From Bacteroidia bacterium (GTDB taxonomy: Bacteria > Bacteroidota > Bacteroidia > NS11-12g > UBA955): a stretch of DNA of 64,000 nucleotides. The stretch covers positions 2,198 through 66,197 of the forward strand of contig JBIPPH010000002.1 of assembly GCA_044368575.1 (NCBI GenBank), written 5' to 3'. Shown piece by piece: positions 28,289 to 37,541 of this stretch. Numbering within the stretch: position 1 is the first letter of the stretch; each line of letters starts with the position of its first letter. The position numbers and the translations under genes are program-made. The notes under the pieces were generated by a model. It was not told the origin of the DNA. It saw only the letters and a program-made list of their open reading frames with translations, and did no database searches.

Positions 28289-28978
28289 TTATAAGAGGCC
28301 TTCGTCAGCAAAACTGTAATAGGCATTTTGGGCCACAATGATATGATCTAACACACTAATATCGAGCAACTTACCTCCTGCCTGAAGGGTTTTGGTGAGT
28401 TGAATATCTTGCTCGCTGGCCATTTGATTGCCCGATGGATGGTTGTGAAACAAAATCATACCGGTACTTTTATCGTCTATGGCTTTTTTAAACAATTTAC
28501 GTTGATCAACCACAGTGGCAGTAATACCCCCCTCACTGATTTTATGTTGAGCAATGACATTGTTTTTTTGGTTCAATGTTACAATCCAAAACTCCTCGTG
28601 ATTAAGGTCCTCTAAAACATGTCGCATAGCGTTGTAGGCGTCGTCACTACAGGTAATGCGGGTTTTAGGTTGCTCGTCTAATTGACTCTTGCGATTGGCC
28701 AGCTCTAATGCCGCAATGATGCCAATGGCTTTAGCTCTTCCTAAACCTTTGATTTTGCAAAAATCATCTACCTCCCAGCGGTAAATATTGGGCAAATGGT
28801 TCTGGGCTTTTTTCATAATGGCCATTGCAATATCAACCGCAGAATTATCTTGATGGCCGTGGCCAATTAATATGGCCAACAACTCGATTGAACTTAAGCT
28901 TTTTCGACCATGTAACATGAGTTTTTCGCGGGGTTTGTCTGAGTTAGACCAAGCGTGAATGGGCTTATTTTGTTGCAT
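28289..28978 (-). CDS. radC: RadC-like JAB/MPN domain protein
   Basis: JAMM motif HNHPSG, with an HhH-like N-terminal region. Confidence 0.85.
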   Translation of the reverse strand: MQQNKPIHAWSNSDKPREKLMLHGRKSLSSIELLAILIGHGHQDNSAVDIAMAIMKKAQNHLPNIYRWEVDDFCKIKGLGRAKAIGIIAALELANRKSQLDEQPKTRITCSDDAYNAMRHVLEDLNHEEFWIVTLNQKNNVIAQHKISEGGITATVVDQRKLFKKAIDDKSTGMILFHNHPSGNQMASEQDIQLTKTLQAGGKLLDISVLDHIIVAQNAYYSFADEGLL

Positions 28979-29031
28979 AAAACAAATCTAAAACAGCCTT
29001 TATTAAAGACCTAAAAGAGTACACAGATGGC

Positions 29032-29964
29032 CTATTTTTCAGGGGCTTCTATCTGAAATTGAATGTTTCGTTTTAGCCCTTTGTATTGACTGCGTTTGAG
29101 TGGGCTCTTGTCAAAAACTTGATTGAAGACTTCCTCGGTTATTTCTATCCACTCTGCTTTTTTGGCGGTGTTAAAAAAGGCATTAGGCTCAAACCTCGGC
29201 TCTTGATTAGGCTTGGCAAAACGGTTCCAGGGACATACGTCTTGGCAAATATCACAGCCAAAAATCCAATCTTGCATTTGCCCTTTGAAGGCCTCTGGAA
29301 TTTGGTCTTTTAATTCAATGGTTAAATAGGAAATACAATGGCTTGCATTCAGCGTTTTATCGGGTAATATGGCCTGAGTAGGACAAGCGTCAATGCATTT
29401 GGTACAAGTGCCGCAATGGTCAGTTGTTGGGCCATCTGGCTCGCATGGCAAGTCAATGATCAGCTCTGCCAAAAATCCATATGAGCCCATTTGTTTATTG
29501 ATCAATAAACCATGTTTACCAATCCAACCCAAACCACTGCGCTCTGCCCAAGCCCTCTCCATAACTGGCGCTGAATCTACAAATACACGACCATTGAACT
29601 GGCCAATTGCCGCTTGCAGCTGAGCTACCAACTCATAACATTTGTCTTTTACAACCTGGTGGTAATCTTCGCCCAAAGCATACTTTGAAACTTTAAAAGC
29701 ACCCTCTGAAGGTTTAAAAGCAGTGGCATAATTGTACATCAGACTCACAACTGTTTGAGCATCCGGCACTAAAAGTCTTGGATCTAAGCGTTTATCAAAA
29801 TGTTGTTCGAGGTAGTGCATTTCGCCTTGATACCCCTTGCTCAACCACTGCTCCATTCGCTTGGCTTCGGTTGACAAATGCGCTGCTTTAGAAATGCCAC
29901 AACTCACAAACCCCAACGATTGAGCCAAGGCTTTAATGGTTTTAGAATGCTGTTGTTCTGACAT
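29032..29964 (-). CDS. queG: tRNA epoxyqueuosine(34) reductase
   Basis: Two 4Fe-4S motifs, CGTCTKCIDACP and CDICQDVCPWN; 310 aa. Confidence 0.85.
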   Translation of the reverse strand: MSEQQHSKTIKALAQSLGFVSCGISKAAHLSTEAKRMEQWLSKGYQGEMHYLEQHFDKRLDPRLLVPDAQTVVSLMYNYATAFKPSEGAFKVSKYALGEDYHQVVKDKCYELVAQLQAAIGQFNGRVFVDSAPVMERAWAERSGLGWIGKHGLLINKQMGSYGFLAELIIDLPCEPDGPTTDHCGTCTKCIDACPTQAILPDKTLNASHCISYLTIELKDQIPEAFKGQMQDWIFGCDICQDVCPWNRFAKPNQEPRFEPNAFFNTAKKAEWIEITEEVFNQVFDKSPLKRSQYKGLKRNIQFQIEAPEK

Positions 29965-30093
29965 GTTTCTGCCGCAAAAATAAGCCTTTTTTTACAGTGT
30001 TTAATTTCGATGAATCAGGCCATATTGAGGTCGTAAACCATGGGAATGGTATTGGTATTTAAGAGTTCAAGCAATTTATTCGATAAATTGTTG

Positions 30094-30101
30094 TACCTTT
30101 G
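30094..30101 (+). promoter_or_regulatory. candidate -7 promoter box TACCTTTG upstream of the DEAD-box helicase
   Basis: Exact TAnnTTTG match, 10 nt before the ATG at 30112. Confidence 0.45.
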
Positions 30102-30111
30102 CGGCTTCTTT

Positions 30112-31932
30112 ATGACAGTTACATTTCAAAACATGGGTTTAAGTCAACCCGTGTTTGATGCGATAAGTGATCTTGGCTACGTCAATCCTACTCCCATCCA
30201 ACAACAAGCTATTCCAGTATTGCTGCAAGGCACCAAAGACTTTGTAGGTCTTGCACAAACAGGCACCGGAAAAACAGCGGCATTTGGTTTACCCCTTTTG
30301 TCCCTAATCAATACGCATTCTAGCCAAGCTCAAGGTTTGGTCATTTGCCCTACCAGAGAATTGTGCATTCAAATTGCCAATGATTTTAAGGCCTATGGTA
30401 AATACCTTGATGGTTTTAGACATGTCGCCGTTTATGGTGGCAGCTCTATTGAAACTCAAATCAGACAAATCAAACAAGGCGTTCAAATTGTGGTGGCTAC
30501 ACCAGGCCGATTGATCGACTTAATCGAAAGAAAAGCGGTTAAGTTAGATGCAGTGACCCACATTGTGCTCGACGAAGCAGACGAAATGTTGAACATGGGT
30601 TTCAGAGAAGACATTGAATTCATTTTGTCTCACACCCCATCAAGACAAGCCGCTTGGTTATTTAGTGCTACCATGCCTAAAGAAGTAAAGCGTATTTCTC
30701 AAACGTTTATGTCTGAGCCGGTTGAAGTGAAAGTCAATTCAGTTGAAACCGCCAAAAACATCAAGCACGTTTTTTACCAATGTCAAGCGTCTCACAAATA
30801 CGAAACTTTAAAGCGCTTAATTGATTTCAATCCAGGCATGTATGGTATCATTTTTACCAGAACAAAAATGGAGGCTCAAGACATCGCTGAAAAATTATTA
30901 AAAGAAGGCTATGAAATTGATGCACTTCACGGTGATTTAAGTCAACAGCAAAGAGACAAGGTAATGGGTAGATTCAGAGAAAAAACCCTTACCCTATTAA
31001 TTGCTACAGACGTTGCCGCCAGAGGTATTGACGTTGACAGCATTACCCACGTAATCAATTACGCTTTACCAGACGAGCCAGAAGTATACACACACAGAAG
31101 CGGTAGAACGGCCAGAGCCGGAAAATCAGGTGTTTGTATGAGTATTGTTTCAGGCAGAGACACTGGTAAAATCAGAGACATCGAACACCTCATGAAGGTG
31201 CAATTTGATAAGTTAGACATTCCTAGCGGAAGAGAAGTAGTAGAACGTCAGTTCTTTGCTTTCATTGAAAAATTAAAACATGTAGACATTAGCCATGGCG
31301 ATTACGAATTGTATTTATCTGACTTAACTGAACAGTTAGGCCACATGAGCAAAGAAGAATTGATTCAAAGAATGGCAGCGCTTGAGTTTAATCGTTTCTT
31401 AAAATACTACGAAAAGGCTGGTGATTTGAACAACTCTGAAAAACGCAGAGAATATGGCAATTACACCCGTTTATTTATGAGCTTAGGCGAAAAAGATGGC
31501 TTCTACAAAGCTGCTTTCTTAGAATTCATTTTAGATACTTCTGGCCACAAAAAAGCGCAGTTGGGCAAAATTGAATTAATGAATGCCTACAGTTTTGTTG
31601 AAGTTGACAACAGCATAGTAGACGAATTTATGTCTGCATTTGCTGGCAAAAAATACAAAGGCAGAGAGATTCAAGTTGAAGTATCATCAGAACGCAAAGG
31701 CGGTCGCAACAGAGGTGGCGGCGGTTATGGCGGTGGTGGTGGAGGCAACTTCAGAGATAGAGGTGGTCGCGATAGAGGTGGCAACAGAAGAGAAGGTGGC
31801 AGAGATGGCAATAGCTATGGCAACAGAGATAGCAACAGAGGCGGCGGTGACAAACCTTCTGGACATTTTGCCAAAAGAAGTCAAGCCAATTCTGATCGCC
31901 CGAAAAAAAGACGCGATAGAGACCGCTACTAA
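30112..31932 (+). CDS. DEAD-box ATP-dependent RNA helicase with Arg/Gly-rich C-terminal tail
   Basis: Q motif, AQTGTGKT, DEAD (VLDEADEM), SAT and HRSGRTARAG. Start moved to the ATG at 30112 (MTVTFQNMGLS) because the -7 box lies inside the ORF-track extension. Confidence 0.9.
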   Translation: MTVTFQNMGLSQPVFDAISDLGYVNPTPIQQQAIPVLLQGTKDFVGLAQTGTGKTAAFGLPLLSLINTHSSQAQGLVICPTRELCIQIANDFKAYGKYLDGFRHVAVYGGSSIETQIRQIKQGVQIVVATPGRLIDLIERKAVKLDAVTHIVLDEADEMLNMGFREDIEFILSHTPSRQAAWLFSATMPKEVKRISQTFMSEPVEVKVNSVETAKNIKHVFYQCQASHKYETLKRLIDFNPGMYGIIFTRTKMEAQDIAEKLLKEGYEIDALHGDLSQQQRDKVMGRFREKTLTLLIATDVAARGIDVDSITHVINYALPDEPEVYTHRSGRTARAGKSGVCMSIVSGRDTGKIRDIEHLMKVQFDKLDIPSGREVVERQFFAFIEKLKHVDISHGDYELYLSDLTEQLGHMSKEELIQRMAALEFNRFLKYYEKAGDLNNSEKRREYGNYTRLFMSLGEKDGFYKAAFLEFILDTSGHKKAQLGKIELMNAYSFVEVDNSIVDEFMSAFAGKKYKGREIQVEVSSERKGGRNRGGGGYGGGGGGNFRDRGGRDRGGNRREGGRDGNSYGNRDSNRGGGDKPSGHFAKRSQANSDRPKKRRDRDRY

Positions 31933-31972
31933 TTTCCTGAATGAGCGCTTGATTTGAGCGGTCAAATTGTTA

Positions 31973-31980
31973 TACTTTTG
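31973..31980 (+). promoter_or_regulatory. candidate -7 promoter box TACTTTTG upstream of pruA
   Basis: Exact TAnnTTTG match, 17 nt before the ATG at 31998. Confidence 0.45.
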
Positions 31981-31997
31981 CAAAAACCTTTTAGCAT

Positions 31998-33629
31998 ATG
32001 AACGGATTCTTTAAAATTCCAAACGCGATAAACGAAACAGTTTTAGATTACGCGCCAAACAGTAAAGAAAAATTAGCCCTTAAACAGGCTTTAACCGAAG
32101 CCAGAAGTCAAGTGATTGATATTCCTATGTTCATTAACGGACAAGAGGTAAGAACTGGTAATACTCAAGCCATTTTTCCGCCACATGATTTACACCATCA
32201 AATTGGCAGCTTTCATTTAGGTGAAGCCAAACATGTGCACCAAGCTATTGACGCAGCGCTTGCAGCGAAACCAGCTTGGGAAAATATGCCTTGGGAACAA
32301 AGAGCGAGTATTTTCTTAAAAGCCGCTGAATTATTAGCCGGTCCTTACCGCGCAAAGATGAATGCAGCTACCATGCTAGGCCAATCTAAAAATGCTTATC
32401 AGGCTGAAATTGATGCCGCTTGTGAATTAATAGATTTCTTAAGATTCAATGTGCAATATATGTCTGAGATTTATGGTGATCAACCTAGTGCCAACAGCAA
32501 AGGTATTTGGAATCGCTTAGAACACAGAGCACTCGAAGGTTTTACCTTTGCCGTTACCCCATTCAACTTTACAGCCATTGCCGCCAACTTACCAAGTAGT
32601 ATGGCGATGATGGGCAATGTGGTGGTTTGGAAACCAGCCTTCACTCAGATTTATTCTGCTAACGTGATCATGGCTTTATTTAAAGAAGCTGGCTTACCAG
32701 ATGGTGTTATCAATTTGATTTACACTGATGGCCCTGAAACGGGCGATATCGTATTCAATCATCCTGATTTTGCTGGCTTGCATTTTACCGGCTCAACTGG
32801 TGTATTTAGAACCATGTGGAACCACATTGGCGCTAACATTCACAAATACGAAACGTATCCAAGAATTGTAGGCGAAACTGGTGGCAAAGACTTTGTGTTG
32901 ATCCATAAATCTGCTGATGTTGATACCGCTGTAACTGCTTTGGCCAGAGGGGCTTTCGAATACCAAGGTCAAAAATGTTCTGCGGCTTCAAGAGCTTATA
33001 TCCCTTCTAATTTATGGTCTAGTATTGAACAAAAATTAGTGGCTGAAGTGAAGACCATGAAAGTGGGTCCTACTGAAGACTTTAGAAACTTTGTGAACGC
33101 TGTTATCGATGAAAGAGCCTTTGACAAAATTGCGAATTACATTGAGATAGCTAAAAACGATCCTAAAGCCAAAATCATTTGTGGTGGCACTTACGACAAA
33201 AGCAAAGGTTACTTTATAGATCCTACGGTTATTGTAGCTGAAGACCCTAAATTCAAAACCATGTGCGAAGAGATTTTTGGGCCAGTATTAACCTTGTATG
33301 TATACCCTGAAAATGAATTTGAGAAAACCCTTGAATTGGTTAACAGCACAAGTGAATACGCCTTAACAGGTGCTATCATTGCTCAAGACCGCTATGCGGT
33401 AACTCAAGCAACAGAGTACTTAAAACATGCAGCCGGTAACTTCTACATCAATGATAAACCAACAGGTGCTGTTGTAGGTCAACAACCATTTGGTGGAAGC
33501 AGAGCCAGTGGAACCAATGACAAAGCAGGTAGCAAAGCCAACCTATTGCGTTGGACCAGTACCAGAACCATCAAAGAAACTTTGGTGCCAGTTAAAGACT
33601 ACCGTTATCCATTTCTTTCTGAAGAATAA
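31998..33629 (+). CDS. pruA: L-glutamate gamma-semialdehyde (1-pyrroline-5-carboxylate) dehydrogenase
   Basis: Aldehyde dehydrogenase motifs FTGSTGVF, ETGGKDF and the catalytic Cys in GQKCSAASR. 543 aa, typical of monofunctional P5CDH. Confidence 0.85.
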   Translation: MNGFFKIPNAINETVLDYAPNSKEKLALKQALTEARSQVIDIPMFINGQEVRTGNTQAIFPPHDLHHQIGSFHLGEAKHVHQAIDAALAAKPAWENMPWEQRASIFLKAAELLAGPYRAKMNAATMLGQSKNAYQAEIDAACELIDFLRFNVQYMSEIYGDQPSANSKGIWNRLEHRALEGFTFAVTPFNFTAIAANLPSSMAMMGNVVVWKPAFTQIYSANVIMALFKEAGLPDGVINLIYTDGPETGDIVFNHPDFAGLHFTGSTGVFRTMWNHIGANIHKYETYPRIVGETGGKDFVLIHKSADVDTAVTALARGAFEYQGQKCSAASRAYIPSNLWSSIEQKLVAEVKTMKVGPTEDFRNFVNAVIDERAFDKIANYIEIAKNDPKAKIICGGTYDKSKGYFIDPTVIVAEDPKFKTMCEEIFGPVLTLYVYPENEFEKTLELVNSTSEYALTGAIIAQDRYAVTQATEYLKHAAGNFYINDKPTGAVVGQQPFGGSRASGTNDKAGSKANLLRWTSTRTIKETLVPVKDYRYPFLSEE

Positions 33630-34090
33630 TGTCGCTTAGCCAAGCTGAGAAACATGCCCTTTACCAAAGCTTAGTTAAGCAAATAGCGGCGTTAATAGAC
33701 CCTAATGCATCTGAATTAAGCAATTACGCCAACGTTTGCGCCGCTATTCAAACAGCCTTCAAACATTGGTGGTGTGGTTTTTATTTTGTCAATGGTGAAC
33801 GTTTAACATTAGGGCCATTTCAAGGCCCTGTAGCCTGCACAAGCATTGGCTTTAACAAAGGTGTTTGTGGCACAGCTTGGGCAAAAGCACACAGCATTAT
33901 CGTGCCCAATGTACATGAATTTGAAGGGCATATTGCCTGTTCATCTGAAAGCAACTCCGAAATTGTTGTACCTGTGTTTAAGCAAGGTACAATTGTGGCA
34001 GTATTGGATATTGATAGCATCTACTTCAACACTTTCGATGAAGTAGATGCCCTCTACCTTGAACAAATTGTAGCTATGATTAACGTCTAA
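33629..34090 (+). CDS. GAF domain protein, free methionine-(R)-sulfoxide reductase type
   Basis: 153 aa with conserved Cys residues in a YebR/fRMsr-like arrangement (GPVACTSI...GVCG...HIACSS). Its start overlaps the pruA stop (TAATG). Confidence 0.65.
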   Translation: MSLSQAEKHALYQSLVKQIAALIDPNASELSNYANVCAAIQTAFKHWWCGFYFVNGERLTLGPFQGPVACTSIGFNKGVCGTAWAKAHSIIVPNVHEFEGHIACSSESNSEIVVPVFKQGTIVAVLDIDSIYFNTFDEVDALYLEQIVAMINV

Positions 34091-37000
34091 TGGTATCTAC
34101 CCCGTTAGATTGAATCAATTGGCCTTTGTTGTAAAACTCTTCTTTAAAGTTTAAATCCCCTCCGTATTGAGCAATCCAATCGAAGTATTCTTCATTGCTC
34201 ATAAAGCAAACCTTTTCACTCAAATGCAAACCGCTTAAGTCGCCAGTAATCCATCGGCCTACTTTTAAACCATTCTCATATAAACCCATTGCTTCTGCTT
34301 GGCCATAGTTGTTGTAATACACCCAAACACCTTGTTTTTTATATTGGTCTAAACGACCTTCTTTGAGTTTATGGCCAGAGGCTTGTAATTCCGTTATAAC
34401 ACCACTGCCATTCTCCAACAGGCTTTTACCATTTTCATCGTAAAACGATAAGTAATGGTCTTCTTCAGTTGGCATGTCTGCTTCACTTTCACAAGTGTAT
34501 TTGGTGTCCATATTCTGTGCCCAGCCCTCATACATTAATTGACCATTATCGTAATAGGCTTTAACTAAACCTACAGTTGAAATTGAATCTGTTTTGCTCA
34601 AATACACCATTGAATCTTTAAAGTCGATGGTTTTGAACAATCTGCCTTGACCCTCTCTGTAAAAAGACCAAAGCCCTGTAGGGTCTGAGTAGGACTTTTG
34701 ACCTTTCTTAAACACAAAGCCACTTTTGTAGTAATAGGTATAGTAACCCGATCTAAAGCGACTCGGTAGATTGTCCATGAAATCATGGCCATTGAAGAAT
34801 TTGTTGTTTTGCTCTTCAACTCTTATTCTTCTTGATTCATAGTTATGCTCGTCATCGTATGATCTTGAATTGGATTTGAAAACAGAGTAAAACATTGAGT
34901 CTTTAATCGATAATTGAACCGTGTATTTTAAGTTGTTGGTATCTCTGTATAGTTTATAAGTACCATCTAAATACCCATGCTTAAATGGAATCACTTCCGA
35001 AACATACTTGGCGGTATCGCGTACTCTAAAATCACTCACATTGTAACGGATGAACTGCCCATCAGGTATGCCCATTTTAAAGTAACCTTTAGAAATCGGA
35101 TAACCAGTTCTTGACAACTTCCAAATGGCCCCATTAATTGTGTCGTTTTTCATTTCATAGACTCTGCTCAAGCATTTGTATCCAGAATTATTTTTAAATT
35201 GGTATTGGGTTCCGTTAAGTTGATTGTTGTGAAATACCAATTGGGTTAAACCACTGGAATAATTGCTTTCTGTATTGAGCTGCCATTGGCCTTCTTTTTT
35301 GCCATTCTCATAATTCATCATAGAGGTTTCGGCTCTTTGTAAATGCTTAAATTGAATAGCCTTATTGTATTTGTTTTTAGTACTGGTATACAAACTGTAT
35401 TCAATATCATCATTTAACTTGTTGTCATAGTAGTGCGTATAAGTACTGCTGTGGTCAAAAATATCTGTCATTGAATAAGTACCGGTAAAAGCGCCAAAAC
35501 CTGAATTGATTTTAATGCGTTTTGTAGGGGCAATTAATTTCGATTTGTTAGCGCTTAAAAGCGTCTTTCTTGCTTCAACATCCAATTCAATAACAAGCGT
35601 AGGTTTTAAAGCCCATACTTGTTTGATTTCATACATTTTAGCCTTAAAGTTATTGGGACGTCTTTTATAATGCCAATTCAGTTCAACATTACCTGTAAAG
35701 GCTTGTCTACCCACATAAATGGCCTTGTGTTGATTAGGAATTAATTCAAAATAACTGAGCATAGAAGTCAATAAATCAAAGAAATCGTATTTATCATTAG
35801 ATGAAGACCAACTTGAGTTCCTATCTGTGGTTAACAAAAACTTGGTGTAAGAATCATAAAACAGTTTATCTAATTTATAAGTGTATTGACCTTTAAACAT
35901 AATGGTATCAATCAACATTAAACTATCGTATTTCATTGGCACCTTTAAGTAATGTATAATAGACCCATTTAACGTTGTGCCTTGCACTTTATAATAGGAA
36001 CGCGCACCAGCAAACTTGCCCTTAGTAAACGTATGATTGTAATAATGGTAATTCAAAGGGGCGTAATAATACTTTTGAGTTATTTTGCCCTTTTTAACAG
36101 TCGTGTTAATCGCCACATTCTGAACCGTTTCGTTCGGGTTCATTTGGTAATACAAATTGGTTTTTTCAGTATAATTCGCTGATGTTAACTTTTTAAACTC
36201 AAATGAACGTGTATAAACCTTAGCGCAAGATTTGGATCCTATTTTAGAAGTACAGGTGTCAATCAAATAACAAGTACTTACAATTTTATCATAAGTATCA
36301 TAGGTTTTAATTCTGAAAAACTTACCCATCATAATGGTATCTCTGTAATTAAAGCGCTCTAATGCAGAGAAATTCACACTCACGAAATTATCATACTTGA
36401 TTGCAAAATCAGTTTGTTTATTGTCCTTATAATACATGACCAATTGATCCGCTGCATATAAACCGCCTTCGTCATATTCATAATCAGGGGTCACATCAGG
36501 AAAATTTGCAATCTCCTTGTAATTAGGGTAGTACTTTTTTATGCTATCTAAGCCATATAAAGTGGCTTTTTTCAAGCGATTAAATTGACTGTATTCGTAT
36601 TCAGCTAACAAATCAGTATTATCATCATAAACGCTAACTTTTCTGGATTGATCTAAAAAATTGTAATTGCTTGTATGCCCAATTTCTGCATTGTCTTTGT
36701 AATGCGTAAACGTTGAGGCAATTTTGGTAATGCGTTTATTGTACATTTGGTAATCGTATTTGGTTTTTAAACCTTGCAACCAACCTTTTTCAAGGGTCAT
36801 GCTGTCAACTAATACGGTGTCTTTTTTGGTACAAGAATAGACTGTCAAAACACCATCAATAAAACCCTCCTTGTAATTTAACACAATTTTTTTAGCCTTA
36901 ACGGGTACTGCGCTGTAGCCTTTTAAAAAAATATTTGCATCTTCATAGTAACTCTCTTCCCAATCATATCTGGAATGCCTTGAATATCGATGTGGTCTAA

Positions 37001-37454
37001 TGTTCGATGCTGTTTCATAGAGCACAAAATGACCATCAATCATGTCATTTTTGTAGGGAATTCTATAGACTGGCAATTGGGTACCCTCATCGTAAACAGT
37101 AACAATACCTTCTTTTTTGTTGTTTTTGATGGGTATAATGGCAAATACTTTTCTGATGGTATCGTACACATATTCATTATTCACTATGCGTTTGTTTTTC
37201 AAATCAAAGCGTTTTGAATACAGTAAATATTCCCCATCCGTGAATTGACCAACTATAGGTGGAATGTCTAAGTTATAAAACCTAAGATCTTCAACATCAA
37301 AGTTCACATTGGTGTAATAACTGTTAATGATTTGAGGGTATACTTTGTAAGTTTTACCCATAAATTGAGCGGTGGCTTGGGCTTTAAGTTCTTGTTTGAA
37401 AAGTAGAGAGCAAAGCAAAAAGCATACGAGGAAAAATCTTGTAGAAATGCGCAT
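34080..37454 (-). CDS. large secreted Tyr/Asn/Lys-rich protein with MORN-variant (YwqK-like) repeats
   Basis: 1124 aa with a signal peptide. Repeats such as YYDNGQLMYEGW and GVWVYYNNYGQAEAMGLYENGLKVGRW occur in the C-terminal third. Confidence 0.5.
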   Translation of the reverse strand: MRISTRFFLVCFLLCSLLFKQELKAQATAQFMGKTYKVYPQIINSYYTNVNFDVEDLRFYNLDIPPIVGQFTDGEYLLYSKRFDLKNKRIVNNEYVYDTIRKVFAIIPIKNNKKEGIVTVYDEGTQLPVYRIPYKNDMIDGHFVLYETASNIRPHRYSRHSRYDWEESYYEDANIFLKGYSAVPVKAKKIVLNYKEGFIDGVLTVYSCTKKDTVLVDSMTLEKGWLQGLKTKYDYQMYNKRITKIASTFTHYKDNAEIGHTSNYNFLDQSRKVSVYDDNTDLLAEYEYSQFNRLKKATLYGLDSIKKYYPNYKEIANFPDVTPDYEYDEGGLYAADQLVMYYKDNKQTDFAIKYDNFVSVNFSALERFNYRDTIMMGKFFRIKTYDTYDKIVSTCYLIDTCTSKIGSKSCAKVYTRSFEFKKLTSANYTEKTNLYYQMNPNETVQNVAINTTVKKGKITQKYYYAPLNYHYYNHTFTKGKFAGARSYYKVQGTTLNGSIIHYLKVPMKYDSLMLIDTIMFKGQYTYKLDKLFYDSYTKFLLTTDRNSSWSSSNDKYDFFDLLTSMLSYFELIPNQHKAIYVGRQAFTGNVELNWHYKRRPNNFKAKMYEIKQVWALKPTLVIELDVEARKTLLSANKSKLIAPTKRIKINSGFGAFTGTYSMTDIFDHSSTYTHYYDNKLNDDIEYSLYTSTKNKYNKAIQFKHLQRAETSMMNYENGKKEGQWQLNTESNYSSGLTQLVFHNNQLNGTQYQFKNNSGYKCLSRVYEMKNDTINGAIWKLSRTGYPISKGYFKMGIPDGQFIRYNVSDFRVRDTAKYVSEVIPFKHGYLDGTYKLYRDTNNLKYTVQLSIKDSMFYSVFKSNSRSYDDEHNYESRRIRVEEQNNKFFNGHDFMDNLPSRFRSGYYTYYYKSGFVFKKGQKSYSDPTGLWSFYREGQGRLFKTIDFKDSMVYLSKTDSISTVGLVKAYYDNGQLMYEGWAQNMDTKYTCESEADMPTEEDHYLSFYDENGKSLLENGSGVITELQASGHKLKEGRLDQYKKQGVWVYYNNYGQAEAMGLYENGLKVGRWITGDLSGLHLSEKVCFMSNEEYFDWIAQYGGDLNFKEEFYNKGQLIQSNGVDTIRR

Positions 37455-37526
37455 AATAGTAGCAACGCAAGTTACTCGATTTTAGTATATCCCCATAGAA
37501 TGATTTTCAATGCCAATAATATTTAG

Positions 37527-37534
37527 TATTTTCG
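37527..37534 (+). promoter_or_regulatory. near-consensus -7 box TATTTTCG upstream of der
   Basis: One mismatch to TAnnTTTG. It lies 7 nt before the ATG at 37542. Confidence 0.3.
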
Positions 37535-37541
37535 CGGTCTC

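Noticed and set aside
31640-31983. 105-aa (+) and 98-aa (-) ORFs overlapping the helicase 3' end.
   Set aside because: They arise from the GGN/AGA-rich repetitive tract that encodes the RGG tail. The products are Ala/Val/Thr-rich low-complexity sequences.
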